Source: Candidatus Oxydemutatoraceae bacterium
Lineage (GTDB): Bacteria > Pseudomonadota > Gammaproteobacteria > Poriferisulfidales > Oxydemutatoraceae
Length of the DNA stretch: 64,000 nt
Assembly (NCBI GenBank): GCA_965220085.1
Contig: CBDCOZ010000003.1
Location: 1,408,001-1,472,000 of the forward strand
Direction: 5' to 3'
A model generated the notes under the pieces. The model searched no databases, was not told where the DNA came from, and worked only from the letters and a program-made list of their open reading frames with translations. Position 1 is the first letter of the stretch, and the number at the start of each line of letters is the position of its first letter. This document shows positions 23,734-32,536 of the stretch, piece by piece. The translations under genes and the position numbers were made by a program.

Positions 23734-26490
23734 ATGGCAACAAACCCGGAATACGAAGCGATGACCGTTGACTTCTCTCTCAACGGCGAGACGGTGACGG
23801 CCTATGCGGGGGAGACGATCCTGCAGGCGGCCAAACGCGCCGGCGTCAAAATCCCGCACCTGTGTTATGCGAAAAACTTGCGCCCCGACGGCAACTGCCG
23901 CGCGTGCATGGTGGAGATCGAGGGCGAGCGCGTGTTGCAACCGGCTTGCGCGCGCGCGCCGACGCCCGATATGAAAGTGAACAGCAATAGCGAGCGTGTG
24001 TTGCACTCGCAACGGATGGCGCTGGAGTTGTTGCAGAGCGATATGGCACAGCGCAAATATACGCTGCGCAACAAGCTGGACTTTTGGTCGCAGAAGTTGG
24101 ATGTCGGCTTGCCGCGGTTTGAGAGTCGCGCCAATCCGGCGGCGGATAATTCGCACCCCGCTATCAGTGTCAATCTGGATGCTTGCATTCAATGTACGCG
24201 TTGCGTGCGGGCGTGTCGCGAGGAACAGAACAACGATGTCATCGGTTACGCGCGGCGCGGCGCGGCGTCCGCGATCGTGTTTGATATTGCCGATGCGATG
24301 GGCGAAAGCAGTTGCGTCGGCTGCGGCGAGTGCGTGCAGGTTTGTCCGACCGGCGCGCTGATGCCGGCGGGCGACGCCGGTTTGCAAGAGATCGATAAGA
24401 CGGTCGATTCGGTCTGCCCTTATTGCGGGGTCGGTTGTCTGCTGACGTATCACGTCAAGGACGACAAGATCGCGTATGTGACCGGGCGCGACGGGCCGTC
24501 CAATCACGGGCGGCTGTGTGTCAAGGGACGTTACGGATTTGATTATGCGCATAATCCCGAGCGGCTGACGCGACCGCTGATGCGGGTCGAGGGCGTCGTC
24601 AAGCGCGCCGATATAGAGAACCTGACGGCGGCGGATGTCGGCGCCATGTTCCGCGAAGTCGGCTGGGACGAGGCGCTGGATGCGGCGGCGAACGGTCTGC
24701 GGCGCATCCGCGAGCGCGACGGACGCAATGCGCTGGCCGGGTTCGGTTCGGCCAAGGGTTCCAATGAGGAGGCGTATCTGTTTCAGAAACTGGTGCGCAC
24801 CGGTTTCGGCAGCAACAATGTGGATCATTGTACGCGGCTGTGCCATGCGTCTTCGGTCGCCGCCCTGTTGGAAGGGCTCGGTTCCGGCGCGGTGTCCAAT
24901 CAGGTGCGCGATGTTGCGGAGGCTGAGGTGATTGTCGTAATCGGCGCCAACCCGACTGAGAATCATCCGGTGGCGGCAACCTTTATCAAGAATGCGTCGC
25001 GAGCGGGCAAGACTTTGATTGTGATGGACCCGCGCCGCACCGAGTTGGCGCGACACGCCGATTACTTTTTGCAGTTTAAGCCGGATACCGATGTGGCAAT
25101 GCTTAATGCGATTATGCATTCCATCCTCAAGCAGGGTTTGATTGACGAGGAGTTCATCAAGACCCGCACCGAAGGCTTTGACGCGTTGCGGGCGCACCTT
25201 GAGGATTACGCGCCGGAGAAAGTGTCTTCGGTCTGCGGCATCCCCGCCGAGACTTTGCGCGAGGTGGCGCGCTTGTATGCCTCGTCGGGCGGATCGATTA
25301 TCTTTTGGGGCATGGGTATCTCGCAACATATCCACGGCACCGATAACGCGCGTTGCCTTATCGCGCTGGCGTTGATGAGCGGGCAGATTGGGCGGCCGGG
25401 TACCGGCTTGCACCCGCTGCGCGGGCAGAATAATGTGCAGGGGGCGTCCGATGTCGGCTTGATTCCGATGGTGTTTCCCGATTATCAGCGGGTCGATGAC
25501 GCGCGGGCGCGGGCGCGGTTTGAAAAGTTGTGGGGCGTAAAGCTGGATGCTGAGCCCGGACTGACGGTGGTGGAAATTATGCGCGCGGTTACCGATGACA
25601 AGATTCGCGGTATGTATGTGATGGGGGAAAACCCGGCGATGTCCGACCCGAACCTGCAACACGCGCGGGCGGCGCTGGCGAAACTTGAGTGCCTCGTCGT
25701 GCAGGATATTTTTATGACCGAGACCGCCCTCTTCGCCGATATCATTCTGCCCGCTTCGGCGTTTCCCGAGAAGACCGGAACGTTTACCAACACCGACCGA
25801 CGGGTGCAGCTCGGGCGGCAGGCGATCAGCCCGCCGGGTGAGGCGCGACAGGATTTGGATATTATTCAGCAGCTGGCGCAACGGCTGGGGCTTGATTGGG
25901 ATTATGCCGGGCCGCGCGAGGTGTATGCCGAGATGCAACAGGGCATGGACAGCATTAAGGGAATCAGTTGGGAGCGGTTGCGCGAGGCCGACTCGGTGAC
26001 CTACCCTTGCGACGATGCGGATGACCCCGGTCAGCCGGTGCTGTTTCGGGAAAGTTTTCCGACCGCCGACGGCCATGGCAAGTTTGTGCCGGCGCCGTTT
26101 ACGCAGGCCGACGAGTTGCCCGATGCCGAGTATCCGTATGTGCTGATTACCGGGCGGCAACTGGAGCACTGGCATACCGGCGCGATGACCCGCCGCGCGA
26201 GCGTGCTCGATGCGATAGAGCCGATACCGGTCGCGTCGCTGCACCCCGACGACCTCGCCGGACTCGGCGTGACCGCCGGCGATGCGGTGCGCTTGATCTC
26301 GCGGCGCGGCGCGGTGGAGTGCCATGCGCGCGCCGACCGCGGTTTGATTCCGGGACAGGTGTTCATGCCGTTCTGCTATCACGAGGCGGCGGCCAACTTG
26401 CTGACCAACGAGGCGCTGGACCCGTTCGGCAAGATTCCCGAGTTCAAGTTCTGCGCCTTGAAGCTGGAAGCGGCGACCGCGCCCGCATGA
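23734..26490 (+). CDS. fdhF: Formate dehydrogenase alpha subunit (Mo/W-bis-MGD, Cys-type) with N-terminal 2Fe-2S and 4Fe-4S domains
   Basis: IPHLC..GNCRAC, CIQCTRCVRAC, CVGCGECVQVCPTGAL, CPYCGVGC, LCVKGRYG, active-site HCTRLCHASS, LRGQNNVQG, C-terminal KIPEFK. ATG at 23734 follows GAGGAG; the ORF track uses an in-frame start at 23725. Confidence 0.93.
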   Translation: MATNPEYEAMTVDFSLNGETVTAYAGETILQAAKRAGVKIPHLCYAKNLRPDGNCRACMVEIEGERVLQPACARAPTPDMKVNSNSERVLHSQRMALELLQSDMAQRKYTLRNKLDFWSQKLDVGLPRFESRANPAADNSHPAISVNLDACIQCTRCVRACREEQNNDVIGYARRGAASAIVFDIADAMGESSCVGCGECVQVCPTGALMPAGDAGLQEIDKTVDSVCPYCGVGCLLTYHVKDDKIAYVTGRDGPSNHGRLCVKGRYGFDYAHNPERLTRPLMRVEGVVKRADIENLTAADVGAMFREVGWDEALDAAANGLRRIRERDGRNALAGFGSAKGSNEEAYLFQKLVRTGFGSNNVDHCTRLCHASSVAALLEGLGSGAVSNQVRDVAEAEVIVVIGANPTENHPVAATFIKNASRAGKTLIVMDPRRTELARHADYFLQFKPDTDVAMLNAIMHSILKQGLIDEEFIKTRTEGFDALRAHLEDYAPEKVSSVCGIPAETLREVARLYASSGGSIIFWGMGISQHIHGTDNARCLIALALMSGQIGRPGTGLHPLRGQNNVQGASDVGLIPMVFPDYQRVDDARARARFEKLWGVKLDAEPGLTVVEIMRAVTDDKIRGMYVMGENPAMSDPNLQHARAALAKLECLVVQDIFMTETALFADIILPASAFPEKTGTFTNTDRRVQLGRQAISPPGEARQDLDIIQQLAQRLGLDWDYAGPREVYAEMQQGMDSIKGISWERLREADSVTYPCDDADDPGQPVLFRESFPTADGHGKFVPAPFTQADELPDAEYPYVLITGRQLEHWHTGAMTRRASVLDAIEPIPVASLHPDDLAGLGVTAGDAVRLISRRGAVECHARADRGLIPGQVFMPFCYHEAAANLLTNEALDPFGKIPEFKFCALKLEAATAPA

Positions 26491-26492
26491 AC

Positions 26493-26772
26493 ACTCTCCC
26501 CCTCGCGGAAAGCGCTTGCGCCAAGCAACGCTCTCCCCTTGCGGGGGAGTCGCTCCGCCGACTAATATCCCTTATGGGAAAGTTTCTGGCTTACGCAGAG
26601 TCCGAGCCACATAAGCGCAGCGAAGGACGATGCGGCAAGGGGGAAAGCAGACTTGCGCCGAAAAAGACGGGAGCGCGCCCCCTCTCCGGCAACCTGCGGG
26701 CTTCGCCCTTGGTTCGCCGACTCCCCCGCGAGGGGGGAGTGTTAGTTAGCGCGCGGGTTTCCCCCTCTCCGA
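26493..26772. repeat. Intergenic cluster of CTCCCCC..GGGGGAG palindromic elements downstream of the fdh operon
   Basis: actctccccctcgcgg, ctctccccttgcgggggag, ccccctctccggc, gccgactcccccgcgaggggggagtg share cores with the intragenic repeat at 22321. Confidence 0.75.
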
Positions 26773-26855
26773 TGCGCTCGGTTTGTCAAGCCATTGCTGC
26801 CCCTTGATGCCCGACGGTTGTATTAGAAGCGCGATTTGGTCATAATACTTCCGCT

Positions 26856-27170
26856 ATGCCATTCAAAGTTACCTTTATCAATCAGGGCGAACTGTTCGAA
26901 GTGTATGTCCGCAAGATTTATCCGTCGGATATGTTCGGCTTCATCACGCTGGAGGAGTTTGATTTCAGCGACAGCGGTTTGGTGGTAGACCCGTCCGAGG
27001 AGCGGCTGAAGAGCGAGTTTGAAAATGTCGAGCGATGCTATATCCCGATGCACAACATCGTGCGGGTGGACGAAGTGAGGGAGAAAGGCGTCGCCAAGAT
27101 TACCGAGATTGAAGCCGACAAAGTGGTGAAGCTCCCGCAGTCCATTTACACCGACGCAAACAATAGCTGA
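26856..27170 (+). CDS. DUF1820-family protein
   Basis: KVTFINQGELFEVY...SDMFGFI...LVVDPSEERLKSEF..V...YIPMHNIVRVDEV...G recalled as the DUF1820 pattern. Confidence 0.8.
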   Translation: MPFKVTFINQGELFEVYVRKIYPSDMFGFITLEEFDFSDSGLVVDPSEERLKSEFENVERCYIPMHNIVRVDEVREKGVAKITEIEADKVVKLPQSIYTDANNS

Positions 27171-27187
27171 TTTCTTGACAAACTTAC

Positions 27188-27275
27188 GGAGAGATGGCCG
27201 AGCGGTCGAAGGCGCGCGCTTGGAAAGCGCGTATACGGTTCTCCCGTATCGAGGGTTCGAATCCCTCTCTCTCCG
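27188..27275 (+). tRNA. tRNA-Ser (anticodon GGA)
   Basis: Acceptor stem GGAGAGA/TCTCTCC, D arm TGGCCGAGCGGTCGAAGGC, anticodon arm CGCGC-TTGGAAA-GCGCG, long variable arm ATACGG..CCGTAT, T arm GAGGG-TTCGAAT-CCCTC, discriminator G. Followed by CCG, so no encoded CCA. Confidence 0.96.
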
Positions 27276-27322
27276 CCGGATTTTAGAGGCGCCCTCCCCT
27301 TGCGGGAGCGTCCGAAAATGAT

Positions 27323-28024
27323 ATGACATTAGGCCGACTCAAAAAGCAACTGGAAGAAGTCAAAGCGCTTGGCTTTGTTAAGACACGCCGCAAAGGCGAT
27401 ACCGGTGTCGGCAAAACCCTTGAAGACCTCCTTGGGCTTCGGGAAAATAGCATTCCGCTTCCCGACATCCGCGGGGTTGCGGAACTCCGAGCGTACCGCA
27501 AGCGCGCGGCTCCCATGCTCACGCTTTTTACTCTTGAACCGCAACCGCAAGGCGGCGATCGCGACAGAGCGCTGCTGGACAACTTTGGATATTCAAAGCG
27601 CAAAAATGATCGCGCCAAAGAATTGCGCAGCACATTGTCTTGCAAGCGGTATAACAAACACGGGCTCAAACTCAGAGCGGAGAAGAACAAGCTGCGCGTT
27701 GTCGGCAGAGGAAAGCGTTTGAATATCTATTGGGACACCGATGAGTTGGAGAAAAGGTTTGCAGCGAAACTCCCCGCGCTTGTCTATGCGTTGGCAGACT
27801 CAAAGAGAGTCAAAGGTGTCGAGTGCTTTCACTTCAATGAGGCATACTTTCTCAAAGGCTTTGACTTTGCGCATTTCGAAAGCATGGCGAGAAAAGACGC
27901 AATCGCGGTTGACTTCAGGATGTATTATCGCGCGAACGGATCAGTGCGCAATCATGGCACCGGCTTTAGGGTCAAAATCAAACAACTCTATGATTGCTTT
28001 GAGGAAAGGGTGAAACTCATTTAG
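27323..28024 (+). CDS. MvaI/BcnI-family type II restriction endonuclease
   Basis: GDTGVGKTLEDLLG.REN...PD, TLFT, KLPAL.Y..ADS, E.FHFNEA, DFRM...G.VRNHGTGFR motifs; convergent with an MTase remnant. Confidence 0.85.
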   Translation: MTLGRLKKQLEEVKALGFVKTRRKGDTGVGKTLEDLLGLRENSIPLPDIRGVAELRAYRKRAAPMLTLFTLEPQPQGGDRDRALLDNFGYSKRKNDRAKELRSTLSCKRYNKHGLKLRAEKNKLRVVGRGKRLNIYWDTDELEKRFAAKLPALVYALADSKRVKGVECFHFNEAYFLKGFDFAHFESMARKDAIAVDFRMYYRANGSVRNHGTGFRVKIKQLYDCFEERVKLI

Positions 28025-28247
28025 TTTTTCTCAGGATAACAATACTTTCTTTGCGCATGGTCTCCTCCAATGCGCCGATTATGTTTGTCGGCGAGTTTTT
28101 AAGCGGCATTCTTTTGCCCGGAATATTCCGCACAAAAATGTCGTTGCAAGAGAAGCCGATATTTTCCCCGAGCTCCGCCACGATGTAGTCGGTCGGCATG
28201 CGGACTTGTTTGACGAGTCGATTGCCAATCACAATAGCGAAATACCG
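28017..28247 (-). pseudogene. C-terminal remnant of an MvaI-like (N4-cytosine) DNA methyltransferase
   Basis: RYFAIVIGNRLVK...PTDYI...RNIPGKRMPLKNSPTN...TMRKESIVILRK. The N-terminal portion, including the catalytic motifs, is missing. Confidence 0.7.
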
Positions 28248-28507
28248 CGCGCTTCTGCTTTGTTCCGACATATCGGAAAGAGCGAGAGGTTCGCGGGTTG
28301 CGGTCGTATGCGGTTGGTTTCTCGATAAAGCCTTTTTAGTGTCGCTTCGTTATCATCTATAATCGCTGACGACAGTTTGCCCGTTGTCCGCCGTTTCCTG
28401 TTTGCGAATGACAACAATGTCCCCGTCAAAAATACCTTCGTCAATCATGCTATTCCCGCGCACCCGGAGCGCATAGCGAGAACCTCTTGTTGTTTCTTGG
28501 CAATCAT
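28244..28507 (-). pseudogene. lexA: Internally deleted, frameshifted LexA-like repressor (S24 peptidase domain)
   Basis: ATG at 28507 gives [10 protein letters not shown] (LexA-like start). It then jumps to [36 protein letters not shown], frameshifts near 28367 and continues [24 protein letters not shown]. Confidence 0.75.
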
Positions 28508-28634
28508 TTGCTAACATTCAAATTTGTTTCAAATTCTCTGTTAGTATAGTAAGCGCCTTGAAAGTGCGCAAATAGCGATGCCTACAGAGAAGTATGCCAC
28601 AATATCGCACTAGTCTCTCTGCGAGAACATAGAA

Positions 28635-29681
28635 TTGGCAACCATTACGAAAACAGAAAATATGGGCAATAACATGATGAAACAACGTGCGCCTTGCAAT
28701 CGCACCATCTGCCTGAGCGAGAGCGAGCAAGCAAAATACAAACAAAGGCTTATCAAAGTCGAGGCGCCGGTCAGCGCTGATACGATTCTGAATAAAACGA
28801 TATGTCAGGATTCTTTTGACGTTCTGGACTATTTGCCCGACAAGTTTATTGATATTGTTTTTGTCGACCCGCCCTACAATCTCAACAAGGCATTCAACCT
28901 TACAGCATTTAAGAAAATGAACCCGGAGGAATACGAACAATGGCTTGATTCTTGGGTGAGCAAGATGGCACGGCTTTTGAAATTAACGGCATCTGTTTAT
29001 ATCTGCGGGGATTGGAAATCATCGGGAGCGATTTTTAATGTCGCCGGCAAGTATTTTGAAATTCAAAATCGCATAACATTTGAGCGGGAGAAAGGTCGCG
29101 GCGCAAAGACAAATTGGAAAAGCAACTCGGAGGATATTTGGTTTTGCACAATGTCAAAAGATTATCACTTTGATGTTGACGCAGTAAAAGTCAAAAGGAA
29201 AGTCATTGCGCCGTATCGCGATGTTTCCGGCAATGCAAAAGATTGGAATCAAGAGGAGAATGGCAAATACCGGCTGACACACCCGTCAAACATCTGGACC
29301 GATATTACTATCCCATTCTGGTCTATGCCTGAAAATACCGACCATCCGACACAGAAGCCGGAAAAGCTTGTCGCAAAAATACTTCTTGCAAGTTCTAAGC
29401 CCGGACATGTTGTCTTTGATCCGTTCCTCGGTTCCGGCACTACATCGGTTGTGGCCAAAAAGCTGGGGAGGAACTATGTCGGCATAGAAGTTGATGAGCA
29501 ATACGGTTGCCTTGCCGAGAAGCGACTTGAGATGGCGGACTCGGACAAAACAATTCAGGGATATTCTAATGGCGTCTTTTGGGAACGAAACACACTCAAT
29601 GGAAAGTTAAACGGAGATGGAAAGAACAGAAAGACTGGTAACAAGAATACGGTGCCACTGTCCGATAATAGGCTTCTGTAA
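28635..29681 (+). CDS. Beta-class N6-adenine/N4-cytosine DNA methyltransferase
   Basis: DPPYN precedes HPTQKPEKL and DPFLGSGTT. The true start may be an ATG at 28662 or 28674. Confidence 0.9.
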   Translation: MATITKTENMGNNMMKQRAPCNRTICLSESEQAKYKQRLIKVEAPVSADTILNKTICQDSFDVLDYLPDKFIDIVFVDPPYNLNKAFNLTAFKKMNPEEYEQWLDSWVSKMARLLKLTASVYICGDWKSSGAIFNVAGKYFEIQNRITFEREKGRGAKTNWKSNSEDIWFCTMSKDYHFDVDAVKVKRKVIAPYRDVSGNAKDWNQEENGKYRLTHPSNIWTDITIPFWSMPENTDHPTQKPEKLVAKILLASSKPGHVVFDPFLGSGTTSVVAKKLGRNYVGIEVDEQYGCLAEKRLEMADSDKTIQGYSNGVFWERNTLNGKLNGDGKNRKTGNKNTVPLSDNRLL

Positions 29682-30340
29682 TGTCAAAAAGCAAGATTTT
29701 CCACAGCGATACTTATAAAGACCTTGAAAAGAAAATCAAAAGTTTTCTCAATCAGCAAGCAGACTTTCTCTCCTCCGGAACAATCCAGAGTCCTCGCGCT
29801 GTTGGTGACGCAATAGAAAATATCCTCGTTGAAAACTTTGGTGCGATTTTAGGCAATTTATCAAAAGAGTACTCTTCACAATTTGCGCGTCGCGCAATGG
29901 CTGATCTTGCGTTCGCTGATAAAGACGATTTCTACTATGTTGTGGATGTAAAGACCCATCGCCTTGATACAAAGTTTAATATGCCAAATATTACTTCAGT
30001 TGAGAGGCTGTCACGCTTTTATGAGGATGATAAAAATTATTTCTGCATGCTAAAAGTAAATTACAAAGCAGAAAATCTAAAAGTAGTGATTGATAAAGTT
30101 ACCTTTGTCCCGATAGAATTTATTTCTTGGGATTGCCTAACGCTCGGCGCATTAGGGTGGGGACAAATTCAAATTGCTAATGCAAATACGGTTACCCTCA
30201 TGCCAAAGAACAAGCGCAAAAACTGGATGATTGAAATGTGCGATAACCTTCTGGATTTTTACCCTAAGGAAATCCTCAAGATTAACGAGCGGATGGACCA
30301 CTTTGAGAAAGTCAAAAAGTATTGGCAGAATAAAAAATAA
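29681..30340 (+). CDS. Putative type II restriction endonuclease (PD-(D/E)xK; HpaI/HincII-like motifs)
   Basis: MADLAF...VDVKTH...PNITS.ERL...ALGWGQIQI; TAATG stop/start overlap with the upstream MTase. Confidence 0.72.
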   Translation: MSKSKIFHSDTYKDLEKKIKSFLNQQADFLSSGTIQSPRAVGDAIENILVENFGAILGNLSKEYSSQFARRAMADLAFADKDDFYYVVDVKTHRLDTKFNMPNITSVERLSRFYEDDKNYFCMLKVNYKAENLKVVIDKVTFVPIEFISWDCLTLGALGWGQIQIANANTVTLMPKNKRKNWMIEMCDNLLDFYPKEILKINERMDHFEKVKKYWQNKK

Positions 30341-30463
30341 TTTAACAGGGCGGCATGACAAACGAGGCTGACTAAAGCGGAATTTTACAATGCGTATCAC
30401 ATCATCATTAGTTTTCCATCACACGGAAATTTACAAGAAGCCGATTGGTTGCTTCTTAAAGTA

Positions 30464-30900
30464 ATATGACATTAGGCCGACTCAAAAAGCAACTGGAAGA
30501 AGTCAAAGCGCTCGGTTTTGTTAAAGACACACCTCAAAGAGAAAAAGTTTGCAGCGAAACTCCCCGCGCTTGTCTGTGCGTTGGCAGACTCAAAGAGAGT
30601 CAAAGGTGTCGAGTGCTTTCACTTCAATGAGGCATACTTTCTCAAAGGCTTTGACTTTGCGCATTTCGAAAGCATGGCGAGAAAAGACGCAATCGCGGTT
30701 GACTTCAGGATGTATTATCGCGCGAACGGATCAGTGCGCAATCATGGCGCCGGCTTTAGGGTCAAAATCAAACAACTCTATGATTGCTTTGAGGAAAAGG
30801 CGAAACTCATTTGGTTTTTCTCAGGATAACAATGCTTTCTTTGCGCATGGTCTCCTCCAATGCGCCGATTATGTTTGTCGGCGAGTTTTTAAGCGGCATT
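30464..30900 (+). pseudogene. Decayed duplicate of the MvaI/BcnI REase and MTase-tail unit
   Basis: 30464-30530 matches 27321-27386 with a 1-bp insertion. 30539-30900 is near-identical to 27749-28110. About 360 bp are deleted internally and the REase stop TAG has become TGG. Confidence 0.9.
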
Positions 30901-30967
30901 GGGAAGAGTTTGTGGAATTTGACAAGGCTTTGCATAGTCAACAAAATTTTATACAATCAATATCACC

Positions 30968-32536
30968 ATGGAAAGAGCAAAAAATCTGGGGCAATATTTT
31001 ACCCCCGAACATGTGGCTGATTTTATGATCAGTCTTTCCGATGCATCGAAGGGCGCAAAAATCTTAGAACCTGCCTGTGGCGAGGGTGTTTTCCTTAAGC
31101 TTCTTCAAGAAAAAGGATATCGGAATATTCTAGGATACGAGATTGACAATTCGCTCAATGCTGTAACAGATGCAAAAATTAATTACAAAAGTTTTATAAA
31201 TGAAAATTTTACAGAAAAATATAATTTGATAATTGGGAACCCACCATATATTCGCTGGAAAAATCTAGACCAAGAATTGAAGGGCGAGCTAGAGAATAAC
31301 AAGCTTTGGCAAAGATATTTTAATAGTCTTTGTGATTATCTCTGCATATTTATTCTGAAATCAGTTGAACTGCTTAAAGATAATGGTGAGTTAATCTTTA
31401 TCACCCCCGAATATTGGGTCAATACAAAACATGCTCAAGTTTTGCGTGACTTCCTTGTCGAGAACGGCTATTTTGGGGATATTATTCATTTCAACGAAAC
31501 ACCGATATTTGACAAGGTGGCTTCTTCAATTTTAATTTTCAGATTCGTAAAAAAGAGAAACTCCAATCAGAAAATTAGAGTGGTTAAATACCTTTCAACC
31601 CAGAAATTAGCCGAGGATGTTCTGGAAAAAATTAAGAATGAGAGTTCAGACAAAAGAATAAAGAGATTTGATAGGAACCAGTTTCTGCCGAGAGAGAGAT
31701 GGCTTCTTGCACCTCAAAAAATAGAGAAACAGTTGGAAGAATTTGAGAACAAATGTGCAGTCGCATTCACTACATCGCTCTTTGGTGACAAAAGGAAATG
31801 TTTTACGCTTGGTGATATTGCGGATATTGGCAACGGAATGGTAAGCGGGTTAGATCGCGCTTTCCAGATTCCTGAAGATATGGAACTGACAGAAGAAGAG
31901 AAGAAATCAATTATTTCCGTGCTGAAAGCCAAAAATATTAAGCAATATGTACATGGCAAACTCACAGATTACATTTTCCTTAATGGAGATATTAAAACCG
32001 AGAAAGACCTAAAAGAGAAGTATCCCACATTTCACAAACTACTCGCTGAGCACCGCGAAAAACTAGAAAAAAGATACAGCTATAATCGTAAAATCAACTT
32101 CTGGGAATGGGTGTTTTTGCGGAGCATTGACTTGTTCAAGCAAAGACAAGATAAAATTTTTGTTCCCTGCAAAGAACGAATATCCCACAAGAATTATTTC
32201 CGATTCTCTTATGTTACTCAGGGGATTTTTCCAACACAGGATGTAACCGCGATATTCCTTAAACCGGATACAAAAGAAAGCATTTACTACATACTCGCCT
32301 TATTAAACAGCGAATATGTCTTTGAGTGGCTAAAATACAAAGGAGTCGTTAAAGGTAATATTGTGGAATTCTCAGAGAGACCACTGGCAAGTATCCCAAT
32401 AAAGCGGATTGATTGGGAAAATAATCAAGAAGTACAATTGCACGACGAAATAGCAAAATGGTGCAAAGACTACATCGCAAGCCCAGACAATAATACTCTC
32501 AAGAGTTTGAACAAGGGAGTCGCTACCCTATTTTAA
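30968..32536 (+). CDS. Gamma-class N6-adenine DNA methyltransferase (M.HincII-like)
   Basis: GQYFTP, LEPACGEGVF, IIGNPPYIRW, then a C-terminal target-recognition region; convergent with and overlapping a HincII-like REase. Confidence 0.88.
   Translation: MERAKNLGQYFTPEHVADFMISLSDASKGAKILEPACGEGVFLKLLQEKGYRNILGYEIDNSLNAVTDAKINYKSFINENFTEKYNLIIGNPPYIRWKNLDQELKGELENNKLWQRYFNSLCDYLCIFILKSVELLKDNGELIFITPEYWVNTKHAQVLRDFLVENGYFGDIIHFNETPIFDKVASSILIFRFVKKRNSNQKIRVVKYLSTQKLAEDVLEKIKNESSDKRIKRFDRNQFLPRERWLLAPQKIEKQLEEFENKCAVAFTTSLFGDKRKCFTLGDIADIGNGMVSGLDRAFQIPEDMELTEEEKKSIISVLKAKNIKQYVHGKLTDYIFLNGDIKTEKDLKEKYPTFHKLLAEHREKLEKRYSYNRKINFWEWVFLRSIDLFKQRQDKIFVPCKERISHKNYFRFSYVTQGIFPTQDVTAIFLKPDTKESIYYILALLNSEYVFEWLKYKGVVKGNIVEFSERPLASIPIKRIDWENNQEVQLHDEIAKWCKDYIASPDNNTLKSLNKGVATLF

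Noticed and set aside
24820-24850. Selenocysteine-type formate dehydrogenase
   Set aside because: The active-site residue is Cys (TGC in RLCH); there is no in-frame TGA.
21790-26382. Minus-strand ORFs of 490 aa and 1,029 aa
   Set aside because: Antisense to clearly recognisable FDH subunits.
26319-27329. ORFs 26319-26807 (+) and 26823-27329 (-)
   Set aside because: They are translations of palindromic repeats, or antisense to the DUF1820-like gene and tRNA.
30340-30460. Integron attC site after the R2 gene (ATTTAAC fits RYYYAAC; hairpin aagaagc..gcttctt at 30435-30457)
   Set aside because: No matching GTTRRRY end or extended attC symmetry and no integrase; the hairpin may just be a terminator-like element.
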